From: Macrostomum lignano
Taxonomy: Eukaryota
Length of the DNA stretch: 64,000 bases
Assembly (NCBI GenBank): GCA_002269645.1
Contig: NIVC01000810.1
Span: forward strand, 62,001 to 126,000
Reading direction: 5' to 3'
Position 1 is the stretch's first letter. Each line of letters begins with the position of its first letter. The notes under the pieces were generated by a model. That model saw nothing but the letters and a program-made list of their open reading frames with translations. It was not told the DNA's origin and searched no databases. Of the stretch, positions 55,601 through 64,000 are shown piece by piece. The translations under genes were made by a program, and so were the position numbers.

Positions 55601-56542
55601 TGTTAGTTGCCTTGGAGTCGATATACTCGAAGTTGGATTTTAAAAATCTAATGCGGAACCAGGTTACCAGTTAAATCTGATGTGGATGTTTAAAAATTAT
55701 TGATTTAAAACTAATGTGACCTCATAGAGGAGCTTTTCATTGTCTGAAATTCTTCAACAGTCCCTCCAGAGAGCATCGACATCTCAGGCCAGCTGCTCAA
55801 TGGTTTTGACTTGAATCTGACTGTGCTTGTGGAGGAGGGAAACCCGAGGCCGGAGCTGCAGTGTCTGCTGAGATCCGAGACTGTCGGAACAATGCAACTA
55901 GTGGTACGGTTGGTGTTTTTACGTCTTCTTTAGACAGTTGATTCACACCTTCAATTCAACTTTGATTGACAGCTGCTGACAGAAGTGGATCTGCGGGGCA
56001 TCTGCGGTGGTTGGATTCGGAGAGCTCGAGTGTTCCACCGGTTCAGCGAGCAGCAGGCAGAGACTGCGGTCACGTGCCGCACCAACCAGGCCCGAACTGG
56101 CTTCAAAGATCCCAAGTTTTTGACGGAGAACTCGAAAACTTTTCAAGCCCTGTTCAGTGAGCAAGTCTTTGTGTACTTTTGAAACAGCGGGTCCTAATAA
56201 GTGCACAAAGTGATGCTAAAAGTACATGTACTTTTCTCTGTAGCAAACTGCGAGCTCCTCAAGCCCAGAGGGGTTAATAAAACTGCTGTAATTTGCTGTT
56301 CGCTGGCTGCAGTTTCTGCTGTCTCAGCTGTGGTGGTTTTTGCCTTGCTGAAGCGGCTGCCAGCAACGGGCCGTCGAAGCAAAGCCTCTGCAGTGGAGCT
56401 GGCGGCTGCCACAGCGCTTAGGGCCGCTGACCCGAACGTAAGCTTTGCGAAATCAGTTTACCGAAACTCTTAGAACTGATGTGTTCCTTATTACCAGACT
56501 TTCTCTGTAATCAAGGAACAATCACTTCTAGCACTTAGCTAG
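52622..56542 (+). CDS. G4: lectin-like receptor with only 2 of the repeated Ig-like domains and a short Tyr-free tail
   Basis: Signal exon 52622-52670 (MNYCLIILAILCCFWT, phase 1). Lectin exon 53258-53482. Exons ~53564-53772, ~53839-54139, ~54175-54362, 55137-~55300, ~55370-55527, ~55761-55903, ~55975-56172. TM exon (TAVICCSLAAVSAVSAVVVFALLKR...AADPN, GTAAGC donor). Probable last exon 56498-56542 (TFSVIKEQSLLALS*). Confidence 0.8.
54831..55154 (+). repeat. 34-bp VNTR (AGCCCTGCACCACTCACTACTCAAACCCTTCCAG)n spanning a 3' splice site of G4
   Basis: Nine CCCTTCCAG acceptors at 34-nt spacing (54864...55136). Confidence 0.95.
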
Positions 56543-57028
56543 GCAACCCCGTTATCAATTGAAGGTACTGCTTACCTTGACTTCGTATGAGATATCTCTT
56601 CAGTAGTTCTCGTTGTAGATCTCACAATAGATCTCGTCCGTTGTCTTCCGGAAGAATATTGAATCTGTTGTGGTCCTGCTTCTCCTGGTACTTCCGATGA
56701 AGTAGTTTCCGGCCGGTATCTGCAGTCAGGACCAATCAGAGGCCTCGTATCAAACAATGGGTACCCTGCGCCGAATAGCGGTTTCTCTTTAGCCTTCTCC
56801 TTCTAGTAGTGCCTCTATGCACTCTAGGTAATGCTCCGGTAATCTCTAATAGATTCTCTAATGAGAAAGGCTTACCGCAACAACTCGACCGAGTCTCGAT
56901 TGACTTGGTGATCAGAAAGTCTCGCTAAGAACTTCCTCTTCGGAGCGCTCCTCTTCCATGGGGAGAATGACTCCGGTACCGCTTTGAACCGCTTGTATTT
57001 ATGGACGATTTCGTAGGCCAAAAATATT

Positions 57029-57520
57029 AACATGATTCATGTGCTAAAATAGCAACGTGATTAATCTGCTATAAATAGTAACATGATTCATTTGCTAAAA
57101 TAGCAACGTGATTAATCTGCTATAAATAGTAACATGATTCATTTGCTAAAATAGCAACGTGATTAATCTGCTATAAATAGTAACATGATTCATTTGCTAA
57201 AATAGCAACGTGATTAATCTGCTATAAATAGTAACATGATTCATTTGCTAAAATAGCAACGTGATTAATCTGCTATAAATAGTAACATGATTCATTTGCT
57301 AAAATAGCAACGTGATTAATCTGCTATAAATAGTAACATGATTCATTTGCTAAAATAGCAACGTGATTAATCTGCTATAAATAGTAACATGATTCATTTG
57401 CTAAAATAGCAACGTGATTAATCTGCTATAAATAGTAACATGATTCATTTGCTAAAATAGCAACGTGATTAATCTGCTATAAATAGTAACATGATTCATT
57501 TGCTAAAAATAGTAACATGA
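57029..57520. repeat. 51-bp AT-rich near-perfect minisatellite, ~9.5 units
   Basis: Unit AACATGATTCATTTGCTAAAATAGCAACGTGATTAATCTGCTATAAATAGT; starts at 57029, 57080 and so on. Confidence 0.95.
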
Positions 57521-58377
57521 ATCATCCTTAAAGTTTAGGTGCACATGCGTGCACTTACTCACTTATAGTAGCATTCTACAATTGTCAATTTACTTTTGCG
57601 GGAGGTAGAACACTCTACAGAATTTAGTTTGAGCTTATCGTAAAAATATTCAGCAATGTAGCTGTGTATACTACTTCTATTATAAGTAGCAGGTACGTAT
57701 TGTAAAGAATGATTCTAATTGATTCAATACGGCAAATCATTCCAGGCTGTGTACTACTATGCTGAGGGCTGAGAGCGCAGCAGTTTCTGGGAGGCCTCTC
57801 CTTGACTTGCATCAGTGTTTATTCTAGTAAAGAATACAATTTCGTTAGCTATTGGTAATATTCTGTAGTGCTCACTGTTCCTTGTATGGAATTATTATCT
57901 TTATCATTATCAGAATCTTTATATATTCAGTTAGATGGATTCGTTCAAGATGCAAAGGTTCGAGAAATCGAGAAGCCTTTCGAGAAACAGAGTTTGTCGG
58001 TAAACGAAGAGATCAGTTAATATAATTATACTTGAGAACTTTTTATTATGATTAACAGTGCAACGAATCGTAATATGCGTATTTGTTTAAATAAACAACT
58101 TAAAATCGAAAGACACTATACAGAATAGATTTATTGACGTCATATTTTTTTAAAGTTTTGTTTAGGTTTTTTTCACATCATTGTCTGTCAGAATTATTTA
58201 TTGGTTGCAACATTAATTTGTTATTTTCATAGAATTGGCGTCTGGATTTTTAAACACTCCCAAATATATTTAACTCAAAACTAAAGGTCTTGGGAGTCAC
58301 GTGGCTGAGGATGTTGGGGTCATGGGGCTGAGGACATTGGGGGTCATGGGGCTGAGGACGTTGGCGGTCATGGGGCT

Positions 58378-58612
58378 TGTAGTGAGTGAAACGAGGCTAG
58401 ACTGCTTGTTGTAGTCGATAGTTGCCGAAAGCTTGCAGGCGAGAATAATAGCGATCAGTATATTTATTGAATAATTGAGCTGAGACAGGGTGGTTGCTAA
58501 AGTCACACCATGCACATTTGATATTGTACGCATAAGGGTTGAGCTAGCAGAGTCACGCGGCGCAGCCGCTGACAACCCCCCAACACACACACGATAGTAG
58601 GCGCTGCCTACA
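58378..58612 (-). mobile_element. Solo LTR (235 bp)
   Basis: TGTAG...CTACA termini, perfect 5-bp TSD GGGCT, minus-strand AATAAA. Confidence 0.8.
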
Positions 58613-58893
58613 GGGCTGAGGACGTTGGAGTTATGGGACCGAGAACATTGGGTCATGGGGCTGAGGTCATTGGGGGTCATGGGGCTGAGGATGTTGGGGT
58701 CATGGGGCTGAGGATGTTGGGGTCATGGGGCTGAGGATGTTGGGGTCATGGGGCTGAGGACGTTGGGGGTCATGGGGCTGAGGACATTGGGAGTCATGGT
58801 GCTTAGGAAATCGGAGACATGGGGCTGAGAACATTGGGTCATAGGGCTGAGGAAATCGGAGTCATGGGGCTGAGAACATTAGGTCATGGGGCT

Positions 58894-59066
58894 TGTAGTA
58901 ACTGAGTCAGAGGCCGTGATTGCTGTGTAGCCAAACTCTTACAAATCTCGCCGCGCTGGGCACGCGTCTATATATTATGGAGTTAGAATTGGGGTGGCGG
59001 CACCCACCCCACTCCGCAGCCAATCAGACTGCCCGGGCGTACCATACTGTGCGTACGCACACTACA
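58894..59066 (-). mobile_element. Solo LTR (173 bp), different family
   Basis: TGTAGT...ACTACA termini, perfect 5-bp TSD GGGCT, CCAAT and TATA-like boxes. Confidence 0.8.
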
Positions 59067-60552
59067 GGGCTGAGGAAATTGGAGTCATGGGGCTGAGGAA
59101 ATCGGAGTCATGGGGCTGAGGTCATTGGATCATGAGGCTGAGGACATGACATTAGGGTCATGAGGCTGAGGACATGACATTAGGGTCATGAGGCTGAGGA
59201 CATGACATTAGGGCCATGAGGCTGAGGACATGACATTAGGGTCATGAGGCTGAGGACATGACATTAGGGTCATGAGGCTGAGGACATGACATTAGGGTCA
59301 TGAGGCTGAGGACATGACATTAGGGTCATGAGACTGAGGACAATGGGGTCATGGAACTGAGCAAATTGAGGTCATTAAGCTGAGGACATGACATTGGGGT
59401 CATGGAGCTGAGGACATGATATTGGGGTCATGAGGCTGAGGACATTGAGGTCATGGGACTGAGGAAATTGAGGTCATTGAGCTGAGGACGTGATATTGGG
59501 GTCATGGGGTTGAGGACATTGAGGTCATGGGACTGAGGACATTGAGGACATGACATTGGGGTCATGAGGCTGAGGACATTGAGGTCATTTGGTCATGGGA
59601 CTGAGGACGTTACACTTTTTGCAATTTTAACCTGTTCTGAGAAACACTGAAACCTGACTCTCACGGAAAATACCAACTCCAGCAGGACTTAGCTCGTATG
59701 TGTAGCAAGAGTGCATTTAGCGTGCCTGTGACTGTACTCAGTAGTATTATTTTCTCTACAGTTCATCCCAGGAAACTCCAACAATGCCAGGATACAGCAC
59801 GTACTAGAGGATTTTTATTGGGATTCTTGACAGAAAGAGTGCGAAGTATGAGCTAAATCTCTGAACAGAACCGTCTAGAAGCCTCCAGGACATCCATCTC
59901 CTTTGAGCTGACAAAGAAATGGAAATAAATATGATATTTCTTGTCAACTTAAGGCCTCAGCAATGGAATCTTACATAACCATATAAAATCGCGCATAAAG
60001 CAGGGGTCTCTCCGAGTTTTCCTTTCTCAGACATCAGTCTAGCTTGCAGATTCTGCGTTTCGATCTGTCTTGGTCCTCTGCTGTCCGATCATCAACTCCT
60101 AAACATCAACTGCAGCTGTCATAAGCCTGAAATGTTGGCAGGGTTTGGCAGAGGCGCGGATTATCGATGGTGTCTTACGGGAATGAGATCCAGATAGATA
60201 CTTGGATCTGAAATGGAGACGTCAGTGCTGTTGTTTGCCTGCGCGTAAGCCAAATATTGACAGCGTACGGCGCGAACTTGCGCCAGTCATGCCAAAAAAC
60301 TGCTTCGATTTCATTGGGCGGTGCAGCAGAAGTGATCATCAATCTAAAAATGATCAGCCAAAGGGTTTTTAAACACTCATAGAAGATTTGTGCGAGCCGA
60401 TGAAAAGTCACATCAAGGAACTGCTCTACTTGCTACGAATTGGTTGCTTGCTTTGCTCATCTTCGATCACATCCAACAGAATTACTTCTACGGTTTAGGC
60501 TGAGATATCGAACAAATTTAACTGCAACAAATCATACGCAGTAAGACTACTC

Positions 60553-61329
60553 ATGCCCAGGCTGCTGATCCTGGTGGCTTTCGTCTGCAGTCTGTGCTGC
60601 TTCAGATGCTGTGAGTTTCGGAAGGACTTTTGAAAAGGACACACATTTAAGGGAATACTGCAAAGGCACCGACGGATTCAGAAATTCTCCCAGATTAAAA
60701 CAGATCAAAGTAATTCGAAGGATATACTACTCATTTCTATTGAAGCCTTTAGCACAAACCATATACGAGTATAGTTATGTAAAAAAATACAACTCATAAA
60801 GCTAGCAAAAAACGTAACGAATCGTTTGAATAGGCCGTGGCATCAAGGTCTCCAGAGCTGAGATGGCCAATGCCTGGCAATCGTCTGTCTACAATCACCC
60901 AGAATGCGATTGCTTCATCAGATCAATGGACAAGCCGGGGCAGTGGCCCTATTTTCATACCAGCGACACTCCGGACCCCTCCGGCTACCAGTGGCTGCTG
61001 CTGAAGCTGACCCGAAGTGTCCCAGTGCGCTCCATCACTGTCTATGGGAGACAAAACTGTAAGCCATTGGCGTTCCATTACTGAGCTACAGTAATAATGT
61101 ACCCAGAAGTAATTGCCCTCGTTGCACATCAGTCAGCCACAGAGCACTGGGCATCGAAGTGCTGCTCAGTGAGAAGAAGCCAGCCGGTCTGGATGAGGAT
61201 GCACCCAACTGCACTGCAGCCGCTTTCAGTCACAGTCTGTCCGGATTCCAACACTGCGGCTTCACCAGAAATGACAGCAGCAAGTCAAACAGGACGCAAG
61301 TGACCTGTTCAGCTGAGGGCGATGTTAAG
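60553..61329 (+). CDS. G5: 5' three exons of a G4 paralog (signal, lectin-like); remainder absent from the window, interrupted by gypsy sequence (pseudogene or long intron)
   Basis: Exons 60553-60610 (MPRLLILVAFVCSLCCFRC, phase 1), 60834-61058 and 61133-61329. The third exon is nearly identical to G4 53564-53772. Confidence 0.8.
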
Positions 61330-61533
61330 GTTTGTCAAGTGTTGTACTCTGCGCCCCCCCCTTCTTGGCACGTTGATTTTAACTCCTATGTACATTGCAT
61401 CGCAGATGTACACTTACTCTAGAGCAATCGATTACAGAGCTTTGAGCTCAAATATATAATCGTGCCCTACGCCCAATTCGGGGCCGTATACGTTTGGTTC
61501 AGCTTAACTTCTGTCTCTCGCGTCAGTCACTAC

Positions 61534-62300
61534 ACTGGCATCGCAAGTTAAGCTATGTCTACTGAAACAGTGGCCAGACAGGCACGGTCGTTCAACTGCA
61601 ACTGCCTCCTCCAAAGCCATTCAACGTCAACCAAGAAGCACACGCACTGTCATCACGGTGGGAAGATTGGTCATCGCGCTTTCTGTGCTTCATCCAAGCT
61701 TTCGGAGTCAAGGATCCGGCCCAGCAGACACAAGTCCTGCTGTACACAAGCGGGAGGGAGCTGGCCGAACTATACAAGCAGCTGACCAACAGCGGAAACA
61801 CCGTCGAAGAACTTATATCAAAGTGTTCAAAGACCACTTCACAGGCCGCAGGTGCGTGGTGTTCTCAAGATATGAGTTCCGAAACTGCATGCAGCAACCA
61901 GGCCAGAGCATCGACGCATGGGTCAGTCAGCTATACAAGGCCGCAGAAAGCTGCGACTTCGACAATTTGCGCGACTCCCTCATCCGCGACCAGGTTGTCG
62001 CCGGATGCAACTTCGAGCAACTCAGACGACGGCTACTGCAGACCGCCAACATCAGCTTGCAGGATGCACTGCAGCTGTGCCGATCCTTCAAAGCCGCGAG
62101 CTACCAGTCAGCGGCCATGGAGTCACGCCGCGACGAGACAGTCAACTCGATGAGGCGCACCAGAGGTGAGCAACAAGACGGACCATCCTACTAGCCTGCC
62201 AGCAAGTCCAAGTGCTACCGTTACCGTTGCCGTTACCGTGAAACCAGGCACCGCAGCTGCGACGCGGCAAAAGGCAAAACATGCAACATCTGTGTGATAG
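61534..62300 (+). mobile_element. Ty3/gypsy LTR retrotransposon gag remnant (frameshifted)
   Basis: LTR-like end ...CAGTCACTACA followed by PBS-like TGGCATCG. Gag motifs LPPPKPF...RWEDW...F, and SRYEFRNCMQQPGQSIDAWVSQLYKAAESCDF...LIRDQVVAG...LSLQDAL-like. Confidence 0.8.
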
Positions 62301-63281
62301 ATACAATAAATGTATATAGCATGCACGATAAGCAATTCTTTAGGCCCTAGATAAACCTACTTGAAGCGTTCGGAGATTTTAAAGCTATTGGCCCTAATTG
62401 CCTATCGCCGGTCGGCGAGTCCTACCCGTCTTTCTCCAATAGCCGCAGGTACAGTACAAGAAAAGAAAGAACACGAGGGAACACGAACCGAATAGATTTG
62501 GAGAGTGATAATCCTAGTTCAAGACTGACTAAACTTGATTGACGGTTTAATTAGATTTAATAAAGTTACAAGATTCAATGCGATTCGCGGTGCAGATGAT
62601 TCGAACTGATGATAATAACGATACAACGATTAATAATAAATTAATAACGCAACTGGCAAATGGATCTCAGCGGAAGAGGAAGAAGAAAACCCGAACACGA
62701 CCACGGAGAAGACTCCTAACCCCTGGCCTAAACCAGAACCTACACTCAACGAGAGCCCTGCCGAATTGACCGTTCAACGGAGCACTGACTAAATTCTATC
62801 AGTACTGCCCTTCAGTGTGACACCGAGGCCCTCAGGATCGAGGCCACGTGCTTGGTCAAATCCGACAGTCTCTATCTAACCGCGCTTGATAGCGACGACT
62901 TCAGACAGGAATCTGCCGTAGATGTTACGCTACAAGACTGAAGCGGTCGGGCGGGGACAAAAAATGGACCGGTGATGAACTCAAGCGCCTCAAAGCGCGA
63001 ACCAAAACAATCGGGCAAGCGGCCGGGAAGCTGGACAAAACCAAGAACCGGGGAAAGAAGGCGAGATCCGATTGCCAAACACACTTTCATATATAGTTAT
63101 TGTCAGACCCTCAAAACCCCCCTCAAGCCGGGTGGTGGTCGTCTGGCCGGCCGCCCGCTAAGCTGATTTGCATTGTGCCCGCGGCGTCGGGTAGACTTGG
63201 ATTTTGCCGCGTGCCAGGGTCCAGGCCGGTTCTTGCTTGCATCGACGTTTGCAGCTCGGCGGCGTCCTTCCTCACCAAGCA

Positions 63282-64000
63282 GAGAGTCGGAAAAAGGCGA
63301 TCCTCCTGCATCTGCTTGGTGAGGAAGGACGCCGCCGAGCTGCAAACGTCGATGCAAGCAAGTCGCTTCAGGAGACCAAAACGGCACTGAAGGCGATTTT
63401 CAGCTCGTCGAGAAGCGTCATAGCAGAGCGCTTCGCCTTTCGGCAGCGAGCCCAGCACGACGGCGAGAGCATCGGAGACTACGTGATGGCCCTGAGAGAA
63501 CTGGCAACAAACTGCAAATTTGGCACCTTTCACGACGAAATAATTCGAGACCAACTTGTGGAGAAAACCTGCGTACCTCGCATTAGGGAAAGACTCCTGA
63601 TGGAGGAGGACGATCTGACGCTAGATGACGCCATCAAGAAGGCTGAGCGAATCGAAGCAGCCATCAGAGATGCCAAGCAGGTCAGCGGCCCAGAGCTCCA
63701 CGTGAAGGCGCTGAGCAAGAAGCCGAAGCCAGCTGCTCGCCATGAGAAGACCGCAGCAGCAGGTCCAAAGTGCACTCGATGCGGAGGCAACCACGGACAC
63801 AAGGGCGAATGCAAGGCGATGGGCCAGAAATGCAGACGATGCGGCAAGACGAACCATTTCGCGAAAATGTGCCGCATGAACGCGGTCTCTGCGATCGACA
63901 CCAAAGAGCCTGCAGAGTCCAGTCTGACGGTCCTGGCCGTGAACAACAAGAGCACAGACAGCTTATTCTGCGAATGCCGTCTGGGCGGACAGCTGATTCG
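63282..64000 (+). mobile_element. Second Ty3/gypsy gag (5'-truncated, open to window end) with zinc knuckle
   Basis: Frame KKAILLHLLGEEG...ERFAFRQRAQHDGESIGDYVMALRELATNCKFG...IIRDQLV...CRRCGKTNHFAKMC (CX2CX4HX4C). It has no ATG, so it is missing from the ORF track. Confidence 0.85.

Larger units (their letters stand above)
58300..59610. repeat. 22-27-bp satellite (GGGGTCATGGGGCTGAGGACATT and variants)
   Basis: Tandem units with gradual drift, interrupted by two insertions. Confidence 0.9.

Noticed and set aside
57029-57520. CRISPR-like array (also the 41-bp and 34-bp arrays)
   Set aside because: No unique spacers, no cas genes, eukaryotic context.

Overview
Eukaryotic (metazoan) genomic DNA with spliceosomal GT-AG introns, GC-rich exons and introns full of minisatellites. 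The style is suggestive of a flatworm such as Macrostomum, but that is inference only. All exon models were spliced by hand from the sequence. (1) 1874-9173 holds a 5-exon DH-BAR-SH3 RhoGEF of the DNMBP/Tuba-ARHGEF37/38 family. (2) About 11.3-61.3 kb holds a cluster of five related genes (G1 +, G2 -, G3 +, G4 +, G5 + truncated). G1-G4 encode type I membrane proteins. G2-G5 show a signal peptide, an F-type-lectin/discoidin-like N-terminal domain and (G2-G4) a Cys-rich module; G1-G4 carry 2-9 atypical Ig-like domains, a TM helix and divergent cytoplasmic tails. G1's signal and lectin exons were not found. G2 and G3 lie head-to-head and share a nearly identical N-terminal ectodomain, but only G3 has two TxYxxV/I (ITSM-type) motifs. 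G4 and G5 differ mainly by replacement changes in the predicted lectin loops. A 34-bp VNTR in G4 multiplies a splice acceptor. Together this looks like a diversified lectin-Ig paired-receptor system and is the best candidate for an undescribed system here. (3) The rest is transposon debris (Tc1, DIRS-like, Ty3/gypsy gag, solo LTRs, hAT/MULE-like MITEs, two tRNA-derived SINE families) and satellites. Most long ORFs in the supplied track are repeat artefacts.
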